Shown here: piece by piece, positions 41,063 to 55,053 of the stretch
Numbering within the stretch: position 1 is the first letter of the stretch
How the letters are laid out: each line of letters begins with the position of its first letter
From: Macrostomum lignano
Taxonomy: Eukaryota
DNA length: 64,000 nucleotides
NCBI GenBank assembly: GCA_002269645.1
Contig: NIVC01000184.1
Span: 248,001 to 312,000, forward strand
Direction of reading: 5' to 3'
Position numbers and translations under genes: made by a program
The notes under the pieces: model-generated
What the model was told of the DNA's origin: nothing
Databases searched by the model: none
What the model saw: the letters and a program-made list of their open reading frames with translations, nothing else

Positions 41063-44000
41063 CTTAATCTACCATCAATATCGCTTAAATTAATATCTAA
41101 TTAAGTTTTAATGAAGTTTTCTCCTTATGAAAAAATAATCCCTTCGTACTACTGGCAAGTTAGTTAGATAGTAGTAGGCTAGTTTGTGCACGATCTTAAA
41201 CATCAAATACTTTGCCTCGTTCTAAACATCGCTCCATACTACTTACAGATAGGTCATAGCAGTAGGCAAGTAAAACATTTTACTTTATAAAAAATTAACA
41301 AAGAAAATTGCCCTATTAAAAGTTGCATAATTTCGCCAATTCATTTTGCTGATGCTTACTGATGAAGACAAACTTGCACTATTTTTCTACTAAAGATTCG
41401 ATCTTGCGTTTATCTGGTTTGCTAAGATAAAATTTAATTTAAATGTTTTACGCAAAATTTTATTGTTATTTGTTTGTCTTTTTATTGAAATTTCTGCATC
41501 TAAATAAATAATTATCTGTACGCAGCTGAAGTATTTACTGGCTTATATAGATAATTATTTATTTTAAAGTAAACATTTTGTTAATTTCATTAATAGTCTG
41601 CTTTCAAACGCGTATATGTTAATTATTTGCAGTAACTAGATTTAATTGCGTGTTGTTGCATATCTGGGTTCTGGCACTTGAAATTTTTATAAAAAGTTGT
41701 TTATTTTGATTGCAAGTTAGGGCTACTAGTAGTAGTATAGCTCGTGTATATATAATGTATGTCGACTGCAGCTAGCGAAAAAATGCGAATTATACTAATC
41801 AACTAGTTGTAAGTAATTCTCTTTGTTGCACTGTAGTTGCAAGTCATCAATTTCGCTTTGCTCACAGGAATGCGTTCGATTTCTCTTTCAAACCTCACCG
41901 TCGAGTTTTTGTTGATGTATTTTGTCTATTGTTTTTTTTTTGATTTTGCATCTGCGCATATTACTGACTGTTCTGGGCCTTTGTACTTGATCTGTTACAC
42001 AAAAAGAGTCGTTATTGTTAGCTCTTAACTTTCTACCAACTCAAGTAGGATAAATAGAGTTGTTATCAATGCGAAATGCGATTCTAATTCATAGAGTGAC
42101 ACAGATGTGCTTTGGACACAACTCAGTTATTCAGTAACACGCCTTGAATTGACTTTTAGGCGACTCTTTATCGTGACATCTTGTCGTTTTAGAGTTGTCT
42201 AGAGTCACTTCATTCCTATTTTACCCGTGTTACCTGCAACAACTGCCGTTTTCATCGGGTGACTCGCATTCAAGATCTCTAACGACATTTTGTTAAGGTT
42301 TAGTTAGTGATGAATAAGTAGTATTCCATACTGTTGTCTGATTTGCACATTTTATTAATTCTTGTTTTCAATTATTCTATATGCTACTTCTACGCACTAG
42401 TAGTGGGTTAGGACTTTATTAGGTTACAATTTAACGTACTCTTAAAAGTTATTGCTAATTGCTATCCAGTAAATAAAGGTTTTATGTTTTTTTATTAAAT
42501 TATATCTGCTGCAGTTAGTTTTTATTCTGCAAAAGTGATCTGCGCGTTTTTTGTCTGCTGATAGAATTGGAAAATACGCTTGAGATCTTAGAGTTATTCA
42601 TTCAGTTTCTGTTAACGGTTGAATTAGCCTCTGTTATTCTCTAGATCAGGGCGTAACCATCAATTACAGTACAGTAATAATTTTCCATAAAACGTCAGAT
42701 CTGTCTATGGTGACAACTAGACATGAAAAGTCAAATTCCTTTTGACCCAAAATACCTGGTCACTGGACATTTGTTTTGTACAAATCAACGGTCAAATATT
42801 CATAAATTGAGGTACCTTTGCATCAAGGAGCAAAGGCTCTTTATTAAGTTTTTTCAGTTTCCTTCATTTGCACAATCAGTAGGAAACTTGTAGTATCTTT
42901 AAAATACGTGCACTTTATTCGTTTTGATAGTGTTAAATAACCTCACTCTAGAAATTTCTTTTGAACAAATTAGTTTGAATGAGGAAGGGTTGTGTACCAT
43001 AGAATTAAACGAATTTGAAATTAAGTTTTTTAAAGCAATGTCGCCCACCTTTGACAATTGACTAGAAATCGATTGAATCCAGTCTCATTTGGTTGGACAC
43101 ATCTGTCTACCGTGAAGGTCATACTCATGCCTAACATTTTATTTAACTACTTTTAAAGTGGTCCTTCGTGTAATTCGATCCTGAAAGCTATACACTAGTA
43201 ATCTAGACGAAGAAATCCGCTAGAGTCTGTTGGAAATTGACATAACTATAAAAATACAGAATGAACAATGAATATATTGGATAGTAAGTTATAATTATTT
43301 CGTCTAATTATTCATGAAGTCAGGAGACAGGCTGGAAATGCTTCCCTACAGTAAGAGCTTCGGGGCCACGCTGACAATAAACACAATTTCCACTAAACCG
43401 ATAGTCTATGGCTATAGCAGCTGACTCGCCGTGTGTTTAACAGCACAGGACCCATATAGGGCTACAATTCTAATAAAGACAGCAAAGATAAGGGATTAGA
43501 GTTAGATATAAGGAAGTGTTAGTGCTTAAAATTATTAAAACAAAGACTGAAAAATACGTCTTGTGTATAGTTTGTCTGTCTGTCAGTTATATCAGAACGG
43601 TCAGTATTTTATCTTACTAAATTTGACGTGTTGTTGCCCGTCCGTCCAATAGACATATCCTCCTATACTCGTAGAAAACTCACAAATCAGAGTCGAAACT
43701 GGTTTTGAAAAAGGCGGTAGTCGATTGTTTTTTTAAATGCAAAAAAAGGTATTTTCATTCGCGCATGTATTTCGAAGTCCTAATTTACGAATGTCAAGTA
43801 AAGTCGTCGGCTCACAGGCTCAAATTTGCCACCTTCTTAAAGCATTACTAACTTATTAAGTTTTCAAACGGACTTAATTGAACTCACGACTTTTGCTCCA
43901 GACTTTTGCTTTTGGTTCTGCCCCCGTCAAAATCCATGGTGGCACTCCTGAATGAAAAAGTGAACTTTTATTCAATTTTTGTGAGGCTATCAATGATGGA

Positions 44001-45612
44001 ATTACGAAAAGGACGCCACGACGCCCCCACATTCGGAAATTTGGAAATGCACTTTTACATTTTTACCTAATTAGAGGCATTATTGTGTAGCCATTGTGCG
44101 CCTGCTTGGTGTGTTCTTGTTCCCTGTTGAACCGCACTGCAGATACCGGAAATCTTGCTTACCTTAACCAAATATAGCATTTCAGATGTAGAAGGCATGT
44201 AATTGCGTGGGTTGCAACTGGTACAGGGACCTTTGGATACACGGTACATGGACTGCCAGATTCCGAAGAAGTCAATTCAAGCTCGAAATTTCACGTGTGG
44301 TAAAAAATCGCTTCGTGATTTCGACGACTATCTGAAAGTTCGATCTTGTGAAACACACCTCACACCAATTAGTGATTTAAAGCGAGTGATGCAGTGTTGG
44401 ACTGGGCCCAGTATCCCTGCTGCACTCGTTTTCGATTCCAAGTTTCTTAGAGGTCCCTGTTTCGGATTTTCTGCACCCCCTGATCAGCAGTGCAATCGGT
44501 CAGACAATCTCTACTAACTAAAAGCATTAAACTCGGCTTTCAGAACCGTGGGTGGTCCCTCATTGCTCTCTGACAGGCTCTATCAGAGCTAAAGGAAAAC
44601 TTCTTGTCCGATGTTCCCTGCTGCCCATGTGTTATTTAGTTCCAGTGTATATAGCTTTTGTACTTGCTATGGCTGCTGCTACTGTTATACTTTGGTTTAG
44701 TTCCTTTCGGTCAACCCCCTGGGGAGCGGCCCACTGGACTTTCGTCTTCTTGGCCACTAATTACGCGAAGACCGTGTCTTAAGCAACGAAAATTTCTTAG
44801 CAGCCGAAGAAAAAGAAGAAAGCTGCTTCAGATGGCAATGGGGGAAGATCTTACTGGCTAACGCGTGCAAATGAACTACTTGCTTTTTGATTCGAAAAAA
44901 ACATTTTAAAGTCGTTATTTGTCGCGCTTATCTGTAGCCTAAATTAATTGATTGATGCGGAAGTACCAGATTTTTATGCTAGTTATACAGGAAATTTCTT
45001 AGCCGAAGTTTGCTAGCGAGGATTTTGCTAACACTTGGTCTTTCTACCTAATTGTTTAAAGTACCCAAAGTCTGGACTGGAATACAGGCTTCTTAGCATT
45101 CCCCATTATTCATCGAAATATACCAATGTAATTTTGCATTTATCAGATTAGGCTTTATAGATTTTAAAAAAGTGCTGTCCAGGTTTAAAGCGGATTTTTT
45201 AATCTCATAAACAACTAATTCTAGTTAGTGTTAGTGGCACTGTTAAAAAACATCATAACTAAAAGCTACGAGTATATGTGATAAATAATTGTCAAGCAAA
45301 ACAAGCCTATTTTATTTTTGTTTTGCTGAGCACCCCCAGATATTTTTTGTTCCTATTCTAAACAAATTAAAAATACTAAGATTGAACAATAAAATTAACA
45401 ATCTTATTTTTGTATACATTCCGATTCCAGTCATACGAGTAACACGAAGAAATTTCAAATTGGGTAGCTTTCAACTCGCTTTTTATTACAATAAAAATTC
45501 GTATCGACACGACTAATTAAAACTGACAAATTGAATTGAATAAGCTAGCAAACTTCATACACCCAATAAGATCGATTCGTTCAAGTCCCATTATTTTTAT
45601 TTTTAGTTAATT

Positions 45613-46225
45613 AATTTCCTTATTAAAGTTCATTACCTTTGGGGGGCTCAGACTGCTAGTCCACTATACTAAATCGCCAATTACAGTTAAACATGGCTAC
45701 GATCGTATTCCTGTTATCATAATTTCCTTATTAAAGTATCACCCTTAGGGGGGCTCAGACTGCTAGTCCACTATACTAAATCGCCAATTACAGTTAAGCA
45801 TGGCTACGATCGTATTCCTGTTATCATAATTTCCTTATTAAAGTATCACCCTTAGGGGGGCTCAGACTGCTAGTCCACTATACTAAATCGCCAATTACAG
45901 TTAAACATGGCTACGATCGTATTCCTGTTATCATAATTTCCTTATTAAAGTATCACCCTCAGAGGGGCTCAGACTGCTAGTCCACTATACTAAATCGCCA
46001 ATTACAGTTAAACATGGCTACGATCGTATTCCTGTTATCATAATTTCCTTATTAAAGTATCACCCTTAGGGGGCTCAGACTGCTAGTCCACTATACTAAA
46101 TCGCCAATTACAGTTAAGCATGGCTACGATCGTATTCCTGTAATCATAAATTGGAATTTCCTTATTAAAGTCTCGCCCTCAGGGGGGGGGGGCTCAGACT
46201 GCTAGTCCACTACACTAAATCGCTA
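45613..46225. repeat. 107-bp tandem repeat (~5.7 copies) upstream of the kinase gene
   Basis: Unit starts at 45613, 45721, 45828, 45935, 46042 and 46155; contains CCAAT and the palindrome TACGATCGTA. Confidence 0.93.
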
Positions 46226-46349
46226 AGCTTAGCTTATAGACGTAGAATAGGCTACTCTTGCAATATTGAACTTTACAGTTGTACATGCACTGCGCATAAA
46301 ACTACACAAGTATGCAGGTGGAGGGCGTTAAGGTATAGGGCTTAATAGC

Positions 46350-46485
46350 GCGTCATTGGACCAATACAGCAGGCCCGTTTAACCAATGGGCGACTGACAG
46401 ATTTCGGTCAGTTTGGGATCGGAAGTGGGGCTGGCCCTGGGTCTTTTAGCTGTCTATAATAGCTAGAGAGAGAGAGAGAGTTCTG
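46350..46485 (+). promoter_or_regulatory. Putative proximal promoter of the kinase gene
   Basis: CCAAT boxes in both orientations (about 46356-46388), ETS-like CGGAAGT (about 46420) and (GA)n, 100-230 bp upstream of the ATG. Motif inspection only. Confidence 0.35.
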
Positions 46486-46581
46486 AGACCCAGACAGCAA
46501 TAGTTCAATGGACTAAGGTTCTCTCCGTGGATCAGTATTATTAATCAAGTTTTTATTGCCAAGTAAAAATTGCGTTATACT

Positions 46582-47213
46582 ATGGGAGGCTGCGTGACCA
46601 GGCAGAAGGAGCAGCTTCTCATTGCAAAGCAGCAGCAGCAACAACAGCAACAGCAACAGGAAGAAGAAGAAAAGCCCAAGGAGCAGGAAGTTGAAGAGCC
46701 AGCCGCTGTAGTGCTGGACAGCGACTTGATGCTGTCGCATTCAAGCACAGAGAAGCCGCCGCTGACTCCAACTCCTCAAGGAATGTACCAGCTGCAGCAG
46801 CAGCCTCATCCTCATCAACAGCTTCATCGCCCGCTGTCCAGAATCAGCGGAGCCGGCTCCAGAACCGGAACACCTACTCGTTGCTTTCAACAGCAGCAGC
46901 AGTCGCAGCACAGCCGAACCAGCAGTCCACTTCAGCGGCCCTACAGCCGGCAACACCACGCCAGCAGCTCCTTGGTCCCGACCCCGGAGCCCAGGCGAAG
47001 ATGCTCTGTACAGGTCTGCTCTGCTGAGGACAGCGGAGGCGCCAGTCAGCTGGCAAATCTGCGCCAATCTCAGCTGCAATACCAGCTGCAGCAGTTGGTG
47101 CAGCAGATGCCGCTGCCGGGCACGCGTCTGGTCTGCGTGTTTGACTATGCAGCCAGGACTGAGGGCGAGGTCAGCTTCAGGGCTGGCGACCTTCTGCAGC
47201 TGCTCGACCCCGT
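46582..47213 (+). CDS. Src42A/FRK-like tyrosine kinase exon 1 of 5 (myristoylation signal, Q-rich unique region, SH3 N-half); model 46582-60212, ~726 aa
   Basis: MGGC start; LVCVFDYAARTEGEVSFRAGDLLQLL (SH3); donor GTGAGT at 47214 (phase 2). Confidence 0.88.
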
Positions 47214-47339
47214 GTGAGTCCGCCTGTACTGGGCCCAAGCCTTGTAGAATGACTAATTGATATTAGAACGCGGAAATTATATATAGATTGGGAGCTGGGA
47301 TGGGGTAGAAAGGAGATATAAGGAGGGGAGCGATTCAAG

Positions 47340-47695
47340 TTGAGAGAAGACAGCGGTAGAGAGGCGATAGAAGAGATAGGTGTAGAGAGGGAAGATGGGT
47401 GTAGATGAGAGAGAACGGAGAGCGGTAGAGGGGAGAGATAGGGGTAGAGAGGAGAGAGAGGTGTAGAGAGATAGGGTAGAGAGGAGAGGGGTAGAGAAGA
47501 GAGAGGGGTAGAGAGGAGAGAGGGGTAGAGAGGAGAGATAGGGATAGAGAGGAGAGATAGGGGTAGAGAGGAGAGAGAGGGGTAGAGAGGAGAGTGTGAT
47601 AGAGAGGAGAGGGGTAGAGAGGAGAGAGAGGGGTAGAGAGGAGAGTGTGATAGAGAGGAGAGGGGTAGAGAGGAGACGGAGAGGTAGAGAGGGCT
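47340..47695 (+). repeat. Purine-rich (GAGAGGAGAGGGGTA-like) repeat in kinase intron 1
   Basis: Direct reading. Confidence 0.9.
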
Positions 47696-48056
47696 GGGAG
47701 CAGCAGGCTTAATCGCGATGCCATCAGTGCCAAGAGCAGCAACAGTTCAGAACTGATCAGCCCTCAGATGAATTGCAAGCGCAAAGTCTAAGTAAAAGTG
47801 GTTATTAAGTATTAAGCTGCAAGAGGTTTAAATTTGCAGATAATCCCACCGAAGGACTGCTTTTAGAGTCTATCTGAAAATTCTAAAACAAACACAACTG
47901 CTTCAGACGACTTTGCTTGGTTTTTATCAGACTATCAGATCTCGGTGCAAATGCTAATCTCCTTCGATGCATGGGGATTAAAGTATGCAGCCTGTCAATC
48001 AGTAGGTAAAGATTAAATACAAATTAATATGCAATTCCCAAATTTGCGTTTTGCAG

Positions 48057-48155
48057 CGATACTGACTGGTGGTTCGTGGAGCATTCGGCCACGAGATTCA
48101 GCGGCTACGCGCCCGTGGCTTTGGTGGCAGTTCAAGACTCGCTGGATGCTCAGAG
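48057..48155 (+). CDS. Kinase exon 2 (SH3 C-half)
   Basis: gttttgcag| DTDWWFVEHSATRFSGYAP; donor GTGAGT at 48156; too short for the ORF track. Confidence 0.88.
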
Positions 48156-48234
48156 GTGAGTCCGTTGGACTGATGAATCACACCTGACAAAAGCCTGTAG
48201 TTATTAAGGTCTACAGTTATTGCCCTGTCTGTAA

Positions 48235-48560
48235 TAAGTCTGTAGCCTGTCTGTAAATTAGTCTAGCCTGTCTGTAAATTAGTCTGTAGCCTGTCTGTAA
48301 ATTAGTCTAGCCTGTCTGTAAATTAGTCTGTAGCCTGTCTGTAGCCTGTCTGTAAATTAGTCTGTAGCTTTTCTGTAAAACTAGTCTGTAGCCTTTCTGT
48401 AAATTAGTCTGTAGCCTGTCTGTAAAATAGTCTGTAGCCTGTCTGTAAAACTAGTCTGTAGCCTGTCTGTATAACTAGTCTGTAGCCTGTCTGTAAATTA
48501 GTCTGTAGCCTAAAACTAGTCTGTAGTCTGTCTGTAAAATTAGTCTGCAAAGTGTCTGTA
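48235..48560 (+). repeat. ~23-bp tandem repeat TCTGTAGCCTGTCTGTAAATTAG in kinase intron 2
   Basis: Direct reading. Confidence 0.9.
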
Positions 48561-48683
48561 ATATCTAAGCCTGTAAACCTGTCTAGACATGCCGTAGCAA
48601 GTTAGTAAAAGTCGGCTTAGATCCGGTTGTCATCCTTGATTTCCTATCATTTTCCCTGCCCTTCCCCCCAATGAATTCCGCAG

Positions 48684-48787
48684 CTGGTTCGCCGGCCTAC
48701 TACCCCGGAAGGAGGCCGAACGTCTTCTCCTAGCGGATGGCAACTGCCGCGGCACTTTCCTGATCAGACGGTCGGAAACTCACCGAG
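48684..48787 (+). CDS. Kinase exon 3 (SH2 N-half)
   Basis: [16 protein letters not shown]...[10 protein letters not shown]; donor GTGAGC at 48788 (phase 1). Confidence 0.92.
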
Positions 48788-49464
48788 GTGAGCAAAAGCT
48801 GAAATGCCAGTTTAGCACAACTCGCTCACACGGGGTGTACACGGGGTGGACAGTCAGACATCTTTCAGAAGTCTTTGTTCGACTGTGCCCGTTGAGAGAT
48901 AAACGGACGCAGTTGAATTTGCACTTAAAAGCATGAGCCCGAAACTGACATTTCCAATACCGAATACCCAACGATATCCGCCGGTCTAGCTTGCTTGGCT
49001 TTTAAAGAAACTTCCTTAGATCTTTCTGCGCAGTGCAGTCGGGCGGCGGATAGCGAAAGCGATGAGTCATCGAAAGCGATGTGGCTTCATGGCTCGCCTT
49101 TTCCCAACAGCCCACAACCCAGCCTCCCCGGTCCAGCAACGCCCCCTGCCACCGGTTTGTTGCCATGGGGAGCTGAGAGAGTGGTTTTGCGGTTTATCCA
49201 TCTTGTGCATTGCTAAGTTTTCAAGTTTTGTGCGTCAGCCAACCATGCAGCTTTGCTTTGGCCAGTTGTTTGTTATCGCGATCAAGATGGGGGATTCAGT
49301 TCTTGAGATTTATTTTTTATCTCTTTTTTTGTCTGCTGAAGGCTACAATAAAATATTCATCTATAAGTCCGTACTTTGGGTTAAAACTGATGCAGTAGGG
49401 ACCTCTGCTCTTCTGCCTGCTTCCCCAACTCTCACAAAATTACTGCTCCCTGATTGTCTCTTCT

Positions 49465-49900
49465 ATGACTATTTCTCTCCTATCTCTCTCCTATCTCTCT
49501 CCCTGTCTATCTCTCTCCCTGTCTATCTCTCTCCCTGTCTATCTCTCTCCCTGTCTATCTCTCTCCCTGTCTATCTCTCTCCTGTCTATCTCTCTCCCTG
49601 TCTATCTCTCTCCCTGTCTATCTCTCTCCGTGTCTATTTCTCTCCTTGTCTATCTCTCTCCCTGTCTATCTCTCTCCTGTCTATCTCTCTCCTTGTCTAT
49701 CTCTCTCCCTGTCTATCTCTCTCCCTGTCTATCTCTCTCCCTGTCTATCTCTCTCCTGTCTATCTCTCTCCCTGTCTATCTCTCTCTCCCTGTCTATCAC
49801 TCTCCTGTCTATTTCTACTCTGTGTATCTCTCTTGTCTATATCCTGTCTATCTCTCTCTTTGTCTGTCTCTCTCTCTCTATCTATCTATCTCTCTCCATT
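49465..49900 (+). repeat. Pyrimidine-rich 15-16-bp repeat CCCTGTCTATCTCTCT
   Basis: Direct reading. Confidence 0.9.
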
Positions 49901-50644
49901 CTATTTCTCCATTTGTCTATCTCTCCCCATCTTGCCTATCTCTACTTTTTCTGTCTTTTCCGTCCTCTCTGACTCTCTCCCCAGTTCGCATGCCAATAAT
50001 CCTAAAACAGTGTGTTGCATGTTATCTGGCTCAACAGGCTGTTTGCGTTAACTAACCCTAACCTGACCCTCCTCGAACGGAAACACGTGGAATTCGTAAA
50101 AGCAATTGGCCCATACGATGACAGGCAAGCAATTTTTGACCCCAATCAGCCAGGCAAAAAACCAGAGTTGCCCAGGTCACACGTGTGCCTGCCTATATTG
50201 AACCAGCATCTATCTAGGTGAAATTGAAATCCCAATATAATCCCCTAGGGATCCTTGAAGGGGATTTGATTGACCTGTTCTGCGCTGTGGGGATTGGTTA
50301 GCCATATCAGTCAAAATGCCAGAACGAGCTATATAATATAGCAAGACTTGTAGGCATCGAGTATGCTAAGGTTGTTGTGCAATAGGGGGGTTGCTATCGA
50401 TAGGATATAGTTTATAATATATAGAATATAGTATAGGATCGATTCCATACACCCCATTGGCTTAGTCATTGTAGATAGATTTTTGACTAGCTTATCTATT
50501 TTTCGGTCCAAGTTTGCCTTGAGGGCTAAGCTAAATTACATGTATGCACTTTTGCAAGGCGGGGCACACAAAAATTAACTGTGTGGTAGTAACCAAGATC
50601 AGCTGTGTAAACCACTTTTAAACGGGTTTATAATCGTGGAATTC

Positions 50645-51120
50645 AAGGACTGGGAGAGAAGGGGAGAGAATGAGGAGGATAGGCAGAGGAGAGGGAGAGG
50701 ATGAGGGAGAGTAAAGGGAAAGAATGGGGGAAGGAGGGAGAGAGGAGAAGAGGAGAGGGGAGGAGAGGGAGAGGGAGAGGGAGAGGGAGAGGGAGAGGGA
50801 GAAGGGGGAGAGAGGAGAAGAGGAGAGGAGAGGAAAGGAGAGGGAGAGGGAGAAGGGGGAGAGAGGAGAAGAGGAGAGGAGAGGAAAGGAGAGGGAGAGG
50901 GAGAGGGAGAGGGGGAGAGAGGAGAAGAGGAGAGGAGAGGAGAGGAGAGGAGAGGGAGAGGGAGAGGGAGAGGGGGGAGAGAAGAGGAGAGGAGAGGGAG
51001 AAGGAGAGATGAAAGAGAGAGGAGAGAGAGAGAGAGGGAGAGGGAGAGGGAGAGGGGGGAGAGGAGAGAGAGAGAGAGAGGGAGAGGAGAGAGGGAGAGG
51101 ACAGAGAGGAGGAGGAGGGG
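50645..51120 (+). repeat. Polypurine (GA/GGA) low-complexity tract
   Basis: Direct reading. Confidence 0.92.
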
Positions 51121-51624
51121 CCCTCACAGCCCTGTGATGTTTTTCCAAAGCTGTCAGGCCTGTCGACTCCAACAGATCAGGGAATTAGCTGAAGCTCAAG
51201 AATCTCAAGACAATCTTTTGAGCCATGACTTGAGCCCGCGACTGTCTGTACCTGCTAATTAGTCTGCCTTCATCCCAAACTCTCTTAGTTCATTTTTTTC
51301 ACTTCCCCTCTCTCTCCCTATCCCTGTCTCTCGCCAAAGCAATTTCGCCTCACCTGCCGCGGAGTGTTATTTCTCTTGGCTTAAGTAAAAAGGTCCCAAG
51401 GTAGCCCTCCCATTTTTCGAGAATTAGGCGAGTCCCCGAGCTCATCTCAGTTTAATCCGGGCTGCCCTGCCAGCCTGTTTGAGCGGGCAGGCCGAGGGTT
51501 GCCTCTGCCGCTGTCTGCCCTGCCTTTAAGTTGCCGATCGCGTCAGAGCCAACTTGGCTAATGAGGCTGGCGTGACCGAGCGGCTTGCATGAGCGGCTGT
51601 TGCTTCATCCTGCGCTGCTCTCAT

Positions 51625-51860
<236 letters not shown>

Positions 51861-52579
51861 GTCTTTCTGTCTGTGCTTGTGCAGGCAAATCTGTCTATCC
51901 TTTTGTCTTAGTGTTTATCTGCCTGTCCTCTGTGCATGTCTGGCTGCCCACAATTAAATATAGGTCTGTCTCTGCGTCCTTCCTTCCCCCAAGGCCCTCA
52001 ATCAGCCCCTACCTTTCGCATATTTCAATTGTACTGCAATAATGCTTTCTCATTATAAGGCAGTGAATATTCAACATAAGCTGTAGTTAGATGTTGGCTT
52101 TCTCTTCTTAGAAGACACCACCACTCAAGATTCATTAATTTGCAACGGAAATTGATTCAGATTTTGAAGTCGAATATTATTTATTATTTTTAGTAATGTA
52201 TTGCTATTACTAGGAAATTTACGGCTGAATCTAATGCATATTATGCATGTAGTATTATAATCTTCTGTGGCGGCAAACTTCAAAGAGACGGCGAACCCGG
52301 TGCAACGGAGCCCGCTTTGAATATTTATTGCCAACGACTTATCTGAACTCGGTGTGTTTGTCTGTGCCGATCTGGACCGGGTCTGCCCCACCAACCCCAC
52401 TGACACGGCCATGCCTAACCCTGTTGTCTGCGGCAGTTAGTAATCTGACCGCTTGTCCTGTTGCGCAATCACTTTGTAACCTGCGTAGCATGTGTACAGT
52501 TGAAGTTGTAAATTATGATTACCTAGTCATGAAAGGGAGTGTTTCACATTCGGAAATGCTGGCTGATTTTAAAATTCCC

Positions 52580-53260
52580 AATATTCATAATTCACAATCC
52601 ACGATATTCACAATTCCCAATAGTCACAATCTACAATAGTCACAGTATTCACAATCTTTAACATTCACAATCTACCATGTTCACAATCTACAATATTCAA
52701 AATCCAGGATATTCAAAATTCACAATATTCACAATCTACAATATCAATAATATACAATATCCACAATCTACAATATTCACAATCTCTACAATAGTCACAA
52801 TCTACAATGTTCAAAATCTACAATATTCAAAATCTACAATATTCAAAATCTACAATATTCACAATCTACAATATTCACAATCTCTACAATATTCACAATC
52901 TACAATATTCACAATCTACAATATTCACAATCTACAATATTCACAATCTCTACAATATTCAAAATCTACAATATTCACAATCTCTACAATATTCACAATC
53001 TACAATATTCACAATCTACAATATTCACAATCTACAATATTCACAATCTCTACAATATTCACAATCTACAATATTCACAATCTACAATATTCACAATCTC
53101 TACAATATTCAAAATCTACAATATTCACAATCTACAATATTCACAATCTACAATATTCACAATCTCTACAATATTCACAATCCACAATATTCACAATCTC
53201 TACAATAGTCACAATTCACAATAGTCACAATTTACAATGTTCACAATCTACAATGTTCAC
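52580..53260. repeat. 16-18-bp tandem repeat AATATTCACAATCTAC
   Basis: Direct reading. Confidence 0.93.
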
Positions 53261-53823
53261 AATGCCTAAACTTCTCCGAACACAAGGACCAAGAGTTTGA
53301 GGATTTTGAAGCCAAACAACTTGGGAAATGGGAGATCTTCGAATGTCGATCAGTTCTTGCCAATCGTGATTCAACCTTCGAATAGAGAAAGGATTATCAG
53401 CTGAAGATGATTAAAAGAAGCCCAACTAATCCACTCTTTCGCTGCTTTTGGCTTATTGCATTCTCTGCGCGGATCAAATATTCGAGTTGCTTGATTATGC
53501 GAGGATAATCTCACTAGCAAGGCCTTCCAGGTTACTTTGCAGACGTTTGGATTCAGTATTCCAATCCAAGGAGATCTAAACAAAAGATTTATTTTCTAGA
53601 TTGGAAAATCCCCAACTGGATCTCCTAGAAGCAGAGCTGGAACATAGGCTACAGAGCTACGAGCTAAAATGTGAGTTAGGCTACCGATTTGACTGCCTAA
53701 TCGTGTCCACTTTTATCCAAGGAGATTTTCGTACCTTGAGCAATAATTGCCACGTACCTATATCCAGCTATATTGATAGATAACAGAAATGCGTACGTAG
53801 CTCAGGTGTACAAAGTGAAGGTA

Positions 53824-55053
53824 CGAGGGGTGATCAAAAAGTTCTGCAAGTGACCTCACAACTCTGTGCTACAGCAGCCGAGGCGTCTAATCAGTGTCAC
53901 ATTCCCTCAAAGTACTTTCCACCACTATCTATGCACCGTCGCATGCGTGTGCACCATGTCTGAAAGCAGTCATGGTACTCCGAAGTTGGTATACCCTGTA
54001 GAGCTGAATGTACCGCTTAGGCAAGGTCTTGCATGCGTGAAAACGGCCTCCCAGAAATGATGGATTTGATCCTCGGGAACAGCCAAAAGTCGCAAGGTGC
54101 TAGGTCTGGAGAGTAGGGTGGATGGGGCAGCAGCCGGACCCCCTGCTGCTCCAGGTACGCCATGGTTGATGCCGCTCTGTGCGGTGCCGCATTGTCATGG
54201 TGCAGCAGGAGTCGAGATCCATGCCTGGTTCGCGCACGTTCCTGCCGCTCCTGCAGCACGCCTGGCAGAACAGTGTCTGTGTAGTACCTGGCAGTCACTG
54301 TGGCACCCGCTGGAAGGATGTTCACCGATACAACACCCTGAGAGTTGAAAAAATGGTGAACATCAGCTTCCGACTGCGGAATCCGGTCTTCAGCACCTCA
54401 GGCCTTGGCTCATCTTCTGCCAGCCAGACCATGTTGGACTGCTTATGCTTATCCTTCATGGTAAAAGAAGGAGATCCAACATTCGTCTCCTGTGATGACA
54501 TCCGACAGTCGTCGTGGGCCATGGGGCTCGAACATTTGCACCCACAAGAGACAGATGCGAACCCTCTCTGCTTGCTGCTCCGGAGTGAGAAGATGGGGTA
54601 CCCACCGAGCGCAGGTCTTTGTGCGGCCCAGTTGCTCATGCATGATGTTATGAGCACTTCCATAGCTGACACCAAGCTCATAGGCAAGGAATCTTAGCAA
54701 AATACTCCAATCCTCACGAATTATTGCATCGGCATGGGCCACGACATCTTCGGTCACGGATGTCCGGGGTCGGCCAGACCTCGGTTCATCGTTGAAGCTG
54801 TCCCAGCCTTCCAAGAAATGGCGCAGCCAGCTAAGATATAGAAGAGAACACTGTCTTTTGATGTTACCATCAGCTACTGAAAACACATGGAAAATAAATG
54901 ACTGTGAAATTTTACTGGAGCACATTTGAAAGCCAAAAGTGCATATAAATATAGCAAACAGATATAGCCGCATATGTGTAAGTTTTTGGCTTTTGTCGAT
55001 TCTATAACTAAAAGCTATAACAAAAGGTTGCAGAACTTTTTGATCACCCCTCG
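53824..55053 (-). mobile_element. Mariner (DD34D) transposon, defective
   Basis: Perfect 26-bp TIRs CGAGGGGTGATCAAAAAGTTCTGCAA (53824-53849 and 55028-55053), TA on both sides. Transposase motifs RSGRP, WVPHLL, TGDECW, HHDNA, YSPDLAPCD and C-terminal GKYFE. At least two frameshifts and a premature TAA. Confidence 0.96.

Noticed and set aside
44190-44861. Series of short + strand ORFs with Cys residues and a hydrophobic stretch (possible orphan membrane protein)
   Set aside because: Three frames with stops, no consistent splice phases and no known motif.
33826-46225. 30-37-bp and 107-bp arrays as CRISPR-like loci
   Set aside because: Units are contiguous with no unique spacers, there are no cas genes, and the context is eukaryotic and intronic.
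53290-53790. Decayed coding-like sequence next to the mariner
   Set aside because: Multiple stops; no family could be recognised.
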